Shown: positions 1 through 12,989, counted from the stretch's first letter. The stretch: DNA of 64,000 bases from Octopus bimaculoides (GCF_001194135.2 NC_068984.1:71538124-71602123), one strand, 5' to 3'. A program made the numbers and translations. Notes: generated by a model from the sequence alone, not told the origin.

Positions 1-1842
1 TAAAAGTAGTGTGTGGTGGAAACTGCGGAAAACTCCGTATGAAAAGGTAGGGAATCGCTTGAATATACGTTGTTGTTACAAATCGCTGTGGCACTAGCTT
101 AGTTCATGAACAGTCCTCTGTGATGGCATCTCTCGTAGGCCGAGAACGGCATCAGTGTTGTTAAAAAGACATTGTGGAAACTGGCGTCGTTCATGAACAG
201 GCCGCCATGATAGTAGTCTCTCGTAGTCCAAGCCAGATATCTCTGCAATTTCTTGCTGAACAACCTTCATAAATGATCCGCTTATAATGATCAGATGTAT
301 GTTCTGTACATTAGCTAACTCACTCAATCAATTTGACTAACCCTAAACAGATTACGGTGCTCATCACAGCAGTTTGTCGCGGATCAACATGAGATAAAGG
401 GCTTTGATTAAGAACACAACTCACCATACATTGCACTGTGTTGTTCAGTAAATATAATTATCAATTTATCTACCTATCTATTTACTCTTATATATATATA
501 TTTATATATACATATAATAAAAACGAAAATGACTTCCGATGGTAAATTTTAGATTTTGTTAATGTATTGTGACATACTTTCCTGTATTTTCACAGCTATA
601 GGATATTGTTAAATATAATTTATGATATCGATTATGAATATTGAGTATGCCCCCATTACATGTGTATGCTTCCTTAGGCATTTACACTATTTTGTATCTT
701 TTTGTTTTGTTTTTGCTAGTCCGATGTTGACATTTAGAGACAGTTAACATTTTACGCCAATTACGAAGTTCCGTTTAATTTTTTGGCGTTGTTTGTGAAT
801 CGTGTAAACTTATCAAAGAAAGAGTGAGAGAGAAAGACAAAGGAGAAAAAGAGAAAGTAAATACATTCGATGTTACTTGTGGTTAATCACATCAAGCCAA
901 AGAAAACAAAAACGAAGCAACACGTAGAAAAGACATTAGATTTGAAGAAGAAAATCAGAACCCCTCCCACCCCGTATGTCTTTGTCCAGTGACAAAACAG
1001 AGATGTAAGCAATAAAACAAAATTTTATTTTGACATTATCTGTTTCAGAATAATATACGATGACACCAAACAGGATAAAGTTAACAGCGGTTTTATTATA
1101 TTGTTGTGTCTGCTTATGTGCTGATACACACTAGCTTCTTAAAGTATTGTTCTGTCTATACGCAATTCTTGTATCGCATTTATCGATAGTCCCTGTCTGT
1201 GTTGTACTTACCAATTTATCACTTTTATTTTTTGCGCAAAATATATTTCAGTGATGTGATATATTAGACTTACTTTAGTATGCATATAAGACAGACAGGT
1301 ATCCCTGATAATTACAATCATGGCTTTGCTAAGTCCCTGAAAGAACCCCAACACCTGCTATCGCAGGGGGCCTTCGCGGTTGCGGAGCCCCGTGTTAAGA
1401 TCAAGCTACATAGATGAGCTATCTATTTAATTTGGTTAAGATGTTAACTAAAAATTCCAAGTCAGATAAGGAAAAAAAGTATGAGGGTGTACCGTAAATA
1501 ACTTTAAAAGAAACGAATGAAGTAAATGAAAAAATCTTGGAAGTTAAAAGAAAAACGAAAGAAATCCCAAACAATGAAAATAAGAACAACTTCAAGAGAA
1601 ATGATAAGAAAAAGAAGCAATGGTGATGAAAGGTGGGGGTTGTGTACTCATACATGCATACGTACACACACATATATAAGTGTACACATATACACACTCA
1701 TATATATATGTTTCGGTCTAACAAGTCCATTCACAAGGCTTTGGCCAACTCAGAGATAGAGAGAGAGAGATAGACCTGTACCAAACACACACGTCTCTTA
1801 GATTCTCTGTCTCTCTTCCTTTTCTTTATTCATTTCTCTTCC

Positions 1843-1879
<37 letters not shown>

Positions 1880-2260
1880 NNNNNNNNNNNNNNNNNNNNN
1901 NNNNNNNNNNNNNNNNNNNNNNNNNNNNNNNNNNNNNNNNNNNNNNNNNNNNNNNNNNNNNNNNNNNNNNNNNNNNNNNNNNNNNNNNNNNNNNNNNNNN
2001 NNNNNNNNNNNNNNNNNNNNNNTATATATGATGTTGTTATTTGACGTTGTTGAAAAGCTGGTCACTTTGTACCAAAAACAGTGGCCTTTGACTTACTAAG
2101 GCAATAAAAACTAGAGACAAATTTCTTTCTGTACCAAAAGCAAGGCGTGGGCGTGTGAATGCACACGCGCGCACACACACACACAGAAGTTTGTGTGTGT
2201 GTATGTATGTACATCTGCGTACAGAGGGGTAGCAAAAAGACGTACGGTTATTTTTTGATG

Positions 2261-2317
2261 TGTTGTGTTTTAGAATCATCACAGCAGAGTCTGCGGTGAT
2301 GATTCTAAAATACAACA
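2261..2317. other. Near-perfect 57-nt hairpin (27-bp stem, 3-nt loop)
   Basis: TGTTGTGTTTTAGAATCATCACAGCAG-AGT-CTGCGGTGATGATTCTAAAATACAACA; the arms pair except for one G.T and one A.G. Confidence 0.9.
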
Positions 2318-2659
2318 TGCTGTAAGGGACTATGTTAGATTTTTGTAGATGATAAAGGTATGTAGATTATGAATTTTGATTGAAGCGGTGGGGCCTCCAA
2401 AGAAAATGTTGCAGAGAGCCCCTAAAAGACATGCGATGACCCTGATTACAATCCACGATGTATATATGCGTTGCAACGACATTATTCCATATTATAGATT
2501 TTCTTTGTTTGCTCATGTTCCCAAACCCATCCAAAGGATTTTTTTCCTAAATTCCATGAAAGAATTTATAATTCTGTGTTTTCTTGATACAACTATTTTC
2601 GATTGCTTATTATCTATTTGTTCTTTACAGAGAATAATTTCGAGTGTTTCCAACGTAGG

Positions 2660-3815
2660 GGTTAGCACTTCTCTGTATGGACCATTTTGATGTTATTCCT
2701 TTCCACTTCGCTTAACCCCCAGATGAGATTCCCTAGCGAGGTGCAGTGACGCTTAGTTTCATTAGAAAATGATAGAATGTGATTCCTCATGTGGTTTTTT
2801 ACCGTATCGGTAGTACATATATTTCTGTGCATCAGTGTGCATTCACATTTATAAATATCATTCCGCCTCATGCAGTTATTTTTGAACTTACATTCGCTGT
2901 TAGTCTCAAGTTGTTTCTTATGGAGTCGTTTCTGGTGCTTAGGTACTCTGTTTCTGCATTTTATTTATGCTGTTCAGTGTGCCGTTAGAACCCGTGCTTT
3001 GAATGTTACTTGTATCATTTCTGTAGTTGACTATTCGCTCCTACTCTGTTCCTATTCTTCTGCTTACACCGACTTGTGAGTTGTGAATTATTATTTCCTC
3101 TCCGTACTTATTTTCTTCCTATTTACCTTATTTTCATCTTCTGTGCTTATTTACCTGTCTTCTTTAATTCAATTGTTCTGTTATTTAGTTCATGAATATA
3201 ATATATTGTTATTTAGTTCATGAATATTATAATATATATTGTGAAGCTTGTGTATACTAATTTTACTTTGCGTCTGTTATAAATTTTGTAGTTCCTACTC
3301 GACTTAGAAAAATGTCTGTCTAATGCAGGGAAAAATTCACGTTTAATTTTGGATTCACACTGTAATCCATATATTGTATTAAAACGGATTATTTCATCCT
3401 TGTCTGTTTTTCTAGTTCGTTTATTGTGTCTCTTTGGCTTATCTGTGTATGTTTTTCCTGTGCCCATCTACCTTACGTTTAGTATTTTGATCTGTTCTTC
3501 CCATCTTTTTCCTTGTTTCCCTAGAGTAGTATCCATTAGTTTTTGTTTTATCTCCACGTCCCTTAGTATTGTTACTACGTTTTCTCATCTTTGTTCTTAT
3601 CTCATTCATAATTATACTGATTTGCTTTTACCATGACAATTGCTATTAGTTCTTTCTTCAATTTCAAATCTATCTTCGTTTTGATGTACTGTTATATCAT
3701 CTGGCAAGTATTTTGTTCTATCCTTATATCCTGCCCTGGCTACTGGTGTGTTTGTAGTATTCTCCGTGCTCATTAAATATTGATTCGTCGGCGGGTACTC
3801 TATATACATATACAT
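2660..3815 (-). mobile_element. Decayed Penelope-like retroelement (RT thumb, linker, GIY-YIG endonuclease)
   Basis: Minus-strand peptides: EIIRFNTIYGLQCESKIKREFFPALDRHFSKSSRNYKIYNRRKVKLVY resembles the Penelope IIWFNPPY...KIFNRNTVKLSY linker; NDIYKCEC...VKNHMRNHILSFSNETKRHCTSLGNLIWGL resembles GIY-YIG VIY..YIG..FK.R.NNH..SF...T.LS.YIW; several stops and frameshifts. Confidence 0.8.
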
Positions 3816-4149
3816 ATATACATGTACATGTATAGATATATGTGTGTATGCGTGTTTCTGTGTGTAGTGTGTGTCTGTGTAAATAGATAATATATAGTAT
3901 TTGTAATATTTTATAAAATATATGACTGTATATATATATATATATAAACATATATAAATTCATTTAAGAGATGGAATAATCTGACCTTTATGTATTGCAC
4001 TTCATTTTCCCATATACTTTGGAGAGTTGTGTATGTTTGTGAATCCAGTAGTCTCAAACAGACTGTAAGAATGTCTTTACCCCGCGTCCAGGTGTGGCCT
4101 CAAGGCAGAGTGCTGCACAATACACATGCTATTTTGTCAGATACTATTA

Positions 4150-4600
4150 CAAGCGAACTACGGATAGCAAGTTGGAACACTCTAGATCACTTTAGCTGAC
4201 CTCAGGATGGCATTTGACCTTGTGAGCAGAGGTGGCCTGTTCAAATTCCACTGCAAATACTAGGCATCTCCCGTCAAAAACCAGGTCACTATTGTTCTGT
4301 CCATATGCACATGAAAAGTGTCATTTAGTGTGATCTTCCTTCTCAGAATAGTTCGGTATTTGCAGTAGAGTAAACCAGTGCTACGTACTCACCCCACCCT
4401 GTTTTGTATGTACATTTCAGTTACGATGGAGCTTACTTTGAGCATAGCTGATGGTTATTACTTTTAATCCATGTCTTTTTAGATGAACGTTAGAAAGTGG
4501 GATGATATTGATAATGATCAATCCCAATGAAGATAAGAAATAGACAAACGTATAAAGATAGAGAAGGGACTGATGATTGTTGATGAAGAAGAGCCTTTTC
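4150..4600 (+). mobile_element. Possible highly decayed APE endonuclease of a non-LTR retrotransposon
   Basis: ELRIASWNTL resembles the APE start LRIATWNVRTL; LQILGIS follows in another frame; the rest is broken. Confidence 0.35.
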
Positions 4601-4885
4601 AAAGAATATGCAACACCAATACAAAACTGGAAAACATCGCCTCAAGTGTAAACTCTGTGCCTTTGAATGCCACTGTCATGTGGGCTTCTACTGCCAGAGT
4701 AAATGCTGTTCTTCCAAGATCAAAACATGATTTTTCCTGACGTAAATCCATATTATAATATTGCAGTTGTGCTCTATGAGTTGTGTTGTGTCCCATGAGG
4801 CTGGTCCTTTTCTCCACCACTAGCACAGGTGGAATGACATCCAGTTACGGTGCGTCGTATACGTATGCAGACATATACGAGTATA

Positions 4886-4944
<59 letters not shown>

Positions 4945-4988
4945 TGTGAGTGTGTGTGCGTGTGGGTGCGTGTGTGTTTTTTGTGAAT

Positions 4989-5097
4989 GGCGCATAGCTT
5001 AGTGGTTAGGGTGTTGCACTCAAGATTGTGAGATTGTTGGTTCGATTCCCAGACCAGTCGTTGTGTTGTGTTCTTGAGCAATACACATAATCTCACT
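4989..5097 (+). mobile_element. tRNA-derived SINE head
   Basis: GGCGCATAGCTTAGTGGTTAG (A box) ... GGTTCGATTCCC (B box), then GTGTTGTGTTCTTGAGCAA, which is shared with the SINE at 53980-54268. Confidence 0.75.
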
Positions 5098-6017
5098 CTG
5101 ATTTGTGATCCCTTCAACATCTGAGATATGGCACCCAGTTGCATCTGTGGAGGTAATGTTGACTTGATGGAGAGAGTGAGCTTATGTCTACTCGATTTCA
5201 TCACTAAAAACAAATCATTTCTGCTAATGATACAAACTTCTGTTGCATGGGACCAAAAGTATAAAACACTCGTGCTTTCTTCCATCATTAAAGCGAAGTT
5301 AAATATATTTGGCTTTTAAAATAAAAACGTGAATTAGATCTGAACTTTACTAGGGGTGTGATATACTCTCCTATAACGTTGCTACAAATCTCTATATAAG
5401 CTTTTTTTCTAACGAGCCAAATTTCAATATTGTATGTCAAAATGAAGCCGGGGACCAGTCCTCTTCCAAAACATTATCGGTTTTCAATTTGGTTNNNNNN
5501 NNNNNNNNNNNNNNNNNNNNNNNNNNNNNNNNNNNNNNNNNNNNNNNNNNNNNNNNNNNNNNNNNNNNNNNNNNNNNNNNNNNNNNNNNNNNNNNNNNNN
5601 NNNNNNNNNNNNNNNNNNNNNNNNNNNNNNNNNNNNNNNNNNNNNNNNNNNNNNNNNNNNNNNNNNNNNNNNNNNNNNNNNNNNNNNNNNNNNNNNNNNN
5701 NNNNNNNNNNNNNNNNNNNNNNNNNNNNNNNNNNNNNNNNNNNNNNNNNNNNNNNNNNNNNNNNNNNNNNNNNNNNNNNNNNNNNNNNNNNNNNNNNNNN
5801 NNNNNNNNNNNNNNNNNNNNNNNNNNNNNNNNNNNNNNNNNNNNNNNNNNNNNNNNNNNNNNNNNNNNNNNNNNNNNNNNNNNNNNNNNNNNNNNNNNNN
5901 NNNNNNNNNNNNNNNNNNNNNNNNNNNNNNNNNNNNNNNNNNNNNNNNNNNNNNNNNNNNNNNNNNNNNNNNNNNNNNNNNNNNNNNNNNNNNNNNNNNN
6001 NNNNNNNNNNNNNNNNN

Positions 6018-6074
<57 letters not shown>
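6018..6074. repeat. (TG)n microsatellite at a gap edge
   Basis: Direct reading. Confidence 0.95.
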
Positions 6075-6075
<1 letters not shown>

Positions 6076-6329
6076 CCGACCTTAATTCTTTGCAATGCCC
6101 ATTCACTGCAGGACGACCATATTTGTATATTAACACTTTCGTCACGTAGCCATGCAATTCAAATCAAATTTTAGTTATTTTTTAATCCCTTCCGAAAATA
6201 ATCCATATCATACATATGCTTTTACTCATACCAAGTTGTGACAGTTATACACTTTTTACATTGTCTAATATTTTACAGTGGCCAATATTTGCACTTCCTT
6301 CACGTAACCATACCAAGTTTTAACAGTAA

Positions 6330-7457
6330 TACAGTTTTGAACGTTGTTACAGATGAATTGACGCCGTTACCGACCTCGATCAAGTTACACAATTTCAAGC
6401 TGAACTTCTCTACTCTCAAGATCCTCCAGAGCTCCCATCCCCCATGAACTTCACTTGAAAGTCGGTTACCTTGTTCTCCTCCTACGCAATGTAAACGCAC
6501 CCACACTATGCAGTGGAACTCATCTTGTGGTCAAACAAATGATGGACCACGTTATTGAAGTTCAAATTAACACGGAACACGGCAAAAATGATACCGTTTT
6601 CATTCCGAAAATTCCGCTAACCCCGAACCCACGGCCACTATCCTATGCAGAGACTTCAGTTCCCTCCGAAACTCAGTTTCGCCATGATAATTAACAAAGC
6701 ACAAGGTCAGTCCCTAAACCCTGTTGGATTGCACCTTCGAAAATCGTGCTTTTCACATGAACAGCTCTACGTCGGTTGTTCCGGGGTTGGCCATCCAGAC
6801 ATCTTATGCATCTATGCTCCTGAAGGAAAAACAAAAAATGTAGTCTGCAAAGCAGCCCTACAGTAGTTATTGCTCAACTACATTCTTCACATCTACGCCA
6901 AACTGTAGCCGTGAGCAATCAGACTTCCTGTAAACATTTAATTTTTATTTTGCTTCATTTCTCTGATTGCTGTTAACGGTACATTACTTTCAATGACCCT
7001 TCTTACTTCACGCACACTAATGGCTCATAAATAAGCTCTGACATGCTTTTTTGTACATGCTATTATTCTGTCTGCATGTCTGCCATTAATGTTTGCTTTT
7101 CTTTATCATACGTAACTTTCATTGAAAAAAAACTTCAATGTGTTTGTGTCAGGCATTACAAGAAAGATAAGTACAGGATACAAAACGCTTCAGTAAGATA
7201 TAAGATCCCTAATGCCTACTGCAATTGCGTCCTCATTTCATGGACTTTCATTTATTCCTAAGTGCCAAATTTGTGTTCGGAAAAAGTATTAAGTTTCTTG
7301 ATGCCATATCATAAACTGCTAACGAAAATGGTAATTATACATTTTACGCTAATAAATTGAAACGACTTCTAACTGCGGGCGAACTCAACGTAAACCATCC
7401 ACAGGAGTGCACCATTATAATAAATTACACAGTCAAATGGACGGGTGCATTTCTTAG
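6330..7457 (+). mobile_element. Helitron 3' portion: RepHel PIF1-like helicase C-terminus and 3' terminus
   Basis: KVGYLVLLLRNVNAPTLCSGTHLVVKQMMDHVIEVQI...VFIPKIPLTP, then after a frameshift RLQFPPKLSFAMIINKAQGQSL...CFSHEQLYVGCS..GKTKNVV; degenerate hairpin cacaGTC-AAAT-gGACGGG followed by TTAG|T at 7454-7458 (CTRR-like end). Confidence 0.9.
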
Positions 7458-7689
7458 TATATACATATATATATCATGGTACTTATAATTATGGATCGTT
7501 ATGCAAAACTTTTTTGTTTTGGATCAACAATTATGATATTCTTCCATCGAGATTTGTATTATGCGTCATTGCAATCCGTTCCTATCGCATAACGTCAAAG
7601 AGTAATTCCATTGTGATGTAATATACATCCTTATGAATAAATCATCGTATATGTCGCTTCATGTTGTTATTGTTTTCATATTATTTCAG

Positions 7690-7717
7690 GTCTGAAATAT
7701 ATAAGATTATTGTCAAG
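7690..7717 (+). other. Candidate 28-nt internal exon of an unidentified gene
   Basis: ttttcatattatttcag|GTCTG...TCAAG|gtaagt; consensus acceptor and donor, two of three frames open; no partner exons established. Confidence 0.25.
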
Positions 7718-9239
7718 GTAAGTTTACAAATAAGTAGAGCTGACCACAGCATTAAAAACTTAGAATATTTTGATGTTCTTCGCAGCAATATCTATTAAAG
7801 TACCTGATTCACTGTAGCAATGTAAACCCATCGGTAATGAAACACAACGAGAGTGTTTATCATTTTGGCGATAGACTCTCTGCCAGTGAACAATCTTCCA
7901 GTTGTTTGTTGTCTGCTACTCTAGGAGTTCAGCGACGACGCGTCAAGTACTTATACATAAGTCTATAGCAAATAGATATAAAATTTCAACGCAGATCATT
8001 GTGCGGAATACTTAACCAGCCTACATTGTCTTTGTACATGATATGACGAGTTATCACGTGATCACCGTCAATGAAATTATTACATTCGAAAATAGAAGTG
8101 CATCAGTCTAATTCGTATGATGACTGTATGAATTATTATCAGGAGTATGTAAAATAAATTAGAGCAATCCATAAAATGCAATTATGAAAGACAAATAATT
8201 ACTTATACGGCAACAGGCACTTATTAATTTATGCTCTGAAATATGTCGTCACAAGAGAATGCTAACATATTCGTTTTCTAGCTAATACTACAAAAGAACG
8301 CAACTACACAGAGGAAAGAGATATAAGGAAGTGCTAAGTATATATTTCAACAACAAATTCTGATTGTATTCAAGTCTCCTGATATTGCCAATTAGAATAT
8401 GGTTTCTTTAAATGCTGCTATATATTCCCAAAAGTTAATCTGAAATATGAAATTGTGAAATCAATTTCCTTCGCAACTCCCAAGTAAGATTCAATTTTCT
8501 GCCTGTTATATACATGTATGAGTATTTTTGAGAATACAATTGCCTGCATCTATACTTTTGTCTAAAATTTCCTTATTTTTGTCTATATTTTTGTCTAAAA
8601 GTTCCTTATAGCAATCTTGTTGCCCATGAACATCACACAATATATTTATTGTTTTCTCTTTATTACTTTAAAGTTCTGTTTGTCTACAGTCGCTTTCCAT
8701 ATCTGCAAAATAATGTTAAATACGTACAAAAGTGTATTAATTCGAGTATAAAATGAGGCACTTCATAAATAAAATAATCCCTAGTAAAGAAAGAGAAAAT
8801 CATCTATTGGGAATTATTCTTCTATTTTGTTAAAGATTCGAGACATGCATTCTATGCAATGATTTAAACAACATCAATGTGTAATTGAAGTGTGCTAAAT
8901 TTATAATTTATCTTCATTACAAGTTAGAATGTTGGTATATAGTAATCTTAATACCGCAACAACTACATTAAAATGTATTATTAACTGTGTTTATATTAGC
9001 GTTAAGTTCACACTATATATATTGTACAATGCGAAATACACCACATTATAAACAATAGTTTTTATAAAATACTCTTTTCCCATTTGAATTACTAATGAAG
9101 AAGAAAGCAAATTCAGTGGGGTTATATGAAAGCTACAGTGTCCTATTTTGTTGGTTCGACGTTGACCTAGCCGCTCTCTTTTTGACGAAATATATTCAGT
9201 CCGTTAAAATCTCAGCTGCTAAGATGTTTCTGTCTCTCT

Positions 9240-9690
9240 TTCGTACTTGCAACATTCTTATGACTGAGAATATCTTAGATCATTATAAAGCCACAGTTCG
9301 ACCTTGCATTGTATATTGCTGTGACCTTTAGGTGGTGTTTCTTCTGAGCATCTAATTAATAATGAAGTTGTTAGAATAGAAGGTCTTTTTTTGTCTCTGC
9401 TGGACTGGGATATTTTGCTCATCGTGAAAATGCATCTCCGTTGTAGCTTTTATATAATTATTTCCAGGGCCGTTAATCTTATTTTTCTGGTCTAGGTCAA
9501 TCACACCATAAGTTTACACATGGCACTGCTTCTCTTCCTAGGAGTAACACATTTTTCAGGTTCCTCTTAGGCATTAGTATTTTTATCTAAGTGCCTTCTC
9601 GACTCAATCCGCTGTGAAACACACTACACTCGTCTTGTTCTTTTTCTCTGATCTGTGACATTCAGCACCTTGTAATTAACTGGCGAATAT
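9240..9690 (+). mobile_element. CR1-group (L2/Crack-like) LINE 3' fragment
   Basis: ENILDHYKATVRPCIVYCCDL resembles L.LYK..IRP.MEYC.HIW, followed by remnants resembling HRR.VASL.LFY.YY.G. Confidence 0.65.
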
Positions 9691-11485
9691 ATCAACTATC
9701 ATTTCGATAAATACACACACATAGGTTTTGAAAGAAAATGTATGAACACTTTTAAAGATTAGTTATAAATGTATAAGCGGGAAATGTTTGTAAGTTTTAA
9801 AGTGCGTACGGCTTTAATTAACAACCATGACTTCAAAATCTACCAAATATGTGTATGTACACATGTACTTACAAATACATTCATAAGTATATATATATAT
9901 ATATATATATNNNNNNNNNNNNNNNNNNNNNNNNNNNNNNNNNNNNNNNNNNNNNNNNNNNNNNNNNNNNNNNNNNNNNNNNNNNNNNNNNNNNNNNNNN
10001 NNNNNNNNNNNNNNNNNNNNNNNNNNNNNNNNNNNNNNNNNNNNNNNNNNNNNATACATACATACATACATACATACATGCATACATACGTACATACACA
10101 CACATAACCAATCCCAACAATCAATGTTAAAATTTGTTTTCATGATTACTTTCACTCACTGTAAAAACAAGTGACATTTTCCCATTTGCTATGAAATTGC
10201 TAGAGTGGTCGAGTCATGATTGTATTATATTCTGTTTAGTACTTTGTGCTTTCATTTCAATTTCCTTTAATATACTGAACATGACATGCAAGTTGATGGT
10301 TGTAAAATTCTATTTTTGTTATCAAATGATGTCAGGAAAGAAGAAATCTGGAATTCTATGTGAGTCTCTGATATTTTAGAATACTGTCGTTTTCAATGCA
10401 ACAACGTATTATTTGAAGATACACAGTGCATCCATAATAACGAAAGAAAAACTTAAATGCTATTGACACATGCCCCTTATAATTTTTATTTGATTTAATT
10501 TAATCATTCATTAGTAAAATACCGCTGCAATCCACGTTTGCACAGGTGTTGCCAACAGGGATTTTCGTTAGTTTACAGAAACTTTCCTGATTTGTTTGTC
10601 AACCTTGGTGGAGTATTATCGTTCGCTACTGAATTGCTGCAGTTGTATTCTCACTCACTCACTAACACGTCAATCCAGTATACTTCTGAACATTCGGATT
10701 CATTTCTGCAATATCAGATCCAGAAGTGTTATGATTTGAACAAGTGTGTAACAGAACATCCACTGGGAAATTAGATTCGCAAATGCCTAATTACCTAAAT
10801 GATATTGGATCCCTTATCTCAAACATATTGTTTCCTTCAACTTTGCAAACCTTACTCTGATTTCAGCTATTTAATATATAGCGGAATACATTTTGAGAAC
10901 CACAACGTTTTTCCATAGATTAGATGGTAATATATCAGCAACCGACATTCTGCAATGATTATCACTGAATGCAAGTAAATCCATATAGGATAAGTATATC
11001 TCCTGAAGGATTATCTATGCTATTTGAGTAAATCAGGGCCATAAGTTCGTAGATGGTATTTGCTGTTATTTAAATCAATTCACTTTCTTTCTACTTTCAG
11101 ATAGACTGCGTGAATTATGCATGTAACACTTTCTTTTATGTAAAAAATAGCTTGTTATTTTGACAATCCATACTCTGGAAACGATGCATGTCAGCTCTTA
11201 TGGTGTAAACAATTTTGTATTCTAAATTTTATCTTTGTGTAAAAATAGTAGTTTAAAGCAACAATACTCTGCTAACATCATTAAAAGTGAATGTAGGCGT
11301 CAGCTGGGTAACAGTGGTAGGGTGATAAAGTTCCAGGAGGGTCAGTTATGAATTATGACCCTTAATTAAGTTTGCTGTCGAGTTGGCAAAGGTCAATTTT
11401 GAAGAGCGGAAATGTTCTATTAAAAATAATGCGGTTTCTCTGCGGGTGTGGTGTGCGTGGTGCGTGTAAAGGATTAAGTTGTATA

Positions 11486-11873
11486 CTCTTTTACTCTTTT
11501 ACTTGTTTCAGTCTTTTGACTGTGGCCATGCTGGAGCACCACCTTTAGTCGAGCAAATCGACCCCAGGACTTATTCTTTAGAAGCCTAGTACTTATTCTA
11601 TCGGTCTCTTTTGCTGAACCGCTAAGTTACGGGGACATAAACACACCAGCATCGGTTGTCAAGCAATGTTGGGGGGACAAACACAGACATACAAACACAT
11701 ACATATATATCATATATATATATATACATATATACGACGGGCTTCTTTTAGTTTCCGTCTACCAAATCCACTCACAAGGCTTTGGTCAGCCCGAGGCTAT
11801 AGTAGAAGACACTTGCCCAAGATGCCACGCAGTGGGACTGAACCCGGGACCATGTGGTTGGTAAGCAAGCTAC
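11486..11873 (-). mobile_element. tRNA-derived SINE, nearly full length, 5' end clipped
   Basis: Minus strand reads ...CCACATGGTCCCGGGTTCAGTCCC (B-box region), then body, internal TA/CA tract and a (CTCTTTTA)2 tail at 11486; a short fragment of the same body lies at about 1710-1750. Confidence 0.85.
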
Positions 11874-12531
11874 CGACTTTGCACAGCAGACACAGACCGG
11901 TCGTGCTTATTTCCACCTCCAATAGTGGAGAGCGGTCGCCATTTCCTTTTCCATGTAGGCTATCTTTGAAGAGCGTATATTATATAACTGGTTTATTGCC
12001 TAACACTCAATTATATAATTTCACGCGAAACCTATTGGTANNNNNNNNNNNNNNNNNNNNNNNNNNNNNNNNNNNNNNNNNNNNNNNNNNNNNNNNNNNN
12101 NNNNNNNNNNNNNNNNNNNNNNNNNNNNNNNNNNNNNNNNNNNNNNNNNNNNNNNNNNNNNNNNNNNNNNNNNNNNNNNNNNNNNNNNNNNNNNNNNNNN
12201 NNNNNNNNNNNNNNNNNNNNNNNNNNNNNNNNNNNNNNNNNNNNNNNNNNNNNNNNNNNNNNNNNNNNNNNNNNNNNNNNNNNNNNNNNNNNNNNNNNNN
12301 NNNNNNNNNNNNNNNNNNNNNNNNNNNNNNNNNNNNNNNNNNNNNNNNNNNNNNNNNNNNNNNNNNNNAAATTACGACAAACGTAAATAAGCAAACGAAG
12401 TTTGCTTTTAGAAGCATTGAGATGTCTTAGAAAGTTAAAAAAGTTATTTTTAAAATCTCAATCGCAGAATAATGCTAATAATATAGCCTGAACAGGATAA
12501 ACTACCCATATTTTGCAGAAAAATGTGTAGA

Positions 12532-12607
12532 TGGCTAGCTGTGAACTCGAACTCACATCCTCGTGATTACGCATCACGATGCTTTGACCGATTAAGCTAA
12601 ACTACCC
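12532..12607 (-). pseudogene. tRNA-Thr(CGT)-like pseudogene
   Basis: A box TAGCTTAATCGG, D stem GCTT/AAGC, anticodon arm CGTGA-TGCGTAA-TCACG, B box GTTCGAG, downstream TTTTT; U33 is not conserved and there are extra bases near positions 8 and 26. Confidence 0.65.
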
Positions 12608-12913
12608 ACTGCGAATTCTTCTGCAAACTTAAGATGTATAGAAATCTCGCATTATGAGACGCTCTCATATTTTAAATTCAAATTACGACAAACGTAAATA
12701 AACAAACGTTTATCCTGTTCAGGCTATATTATTAGCATTACTCTGCGGTTGAGAATTTTAAAATCACTTCTTAAACTTTATAAGACATCTCAACGCTTCT
12801 AAAAGCAAACTTCGTTTGTTTATTTACGTTTGTCGTAATTTGAATTTAACATATGAGAGCGTCTCATAAAGCGAGATTTCTATACATCTTAAATTTGCAG
12901 AGGCATTCGTAGC

Positions 12914-12989
12914 GGGTAGTCTAGCTTAATCGGTCAAAGCATCGTGACCCGTAATCACGTGGATGTGAGTTCGAGTCCACAGCTAGCCA
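12914..12989 (+). pseudogene. tRNA-Thr(CGT)-like pseudogene, second copy
   Basis: GGGTAGT...GCTAGCC-A acceptor stem (6/7 pairs), loop CCCGTAA with CGT at 12950-12952, B box GTTCGAGTC, TTTTT at 12997-13001. Confidence 0.65.

Noticed and set aside
94-327. 77-aa minus ORF with QEIAEISGLDY resembling a mariner HTH
   Set aside because: Only a short resemblance; no other transposase motif or TIR.
1365-1410. GC-rich hairpin GGGGGCCTTCGC-GGTT-GCGGAGCCCC
   Set aside because: Looks like a decayed DNA-transposon end; no matching end or TSD found.
5430-6157. Long ORFs of 198-239 aa, and similar ones at 11.7-12.4, 54.3-54.9 and 56.0-56.4 kb
   Set aside because: They consist of N-gap X residues and microsatellite translations.
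12532-12989. tRNA-Sec interpretation of the tRNA-like unit (6-bp anticodon stem)
   Set aside because: The anticodon is CGT rather than TCA, and there is no long variable arm or 9-bp acceptor stem.
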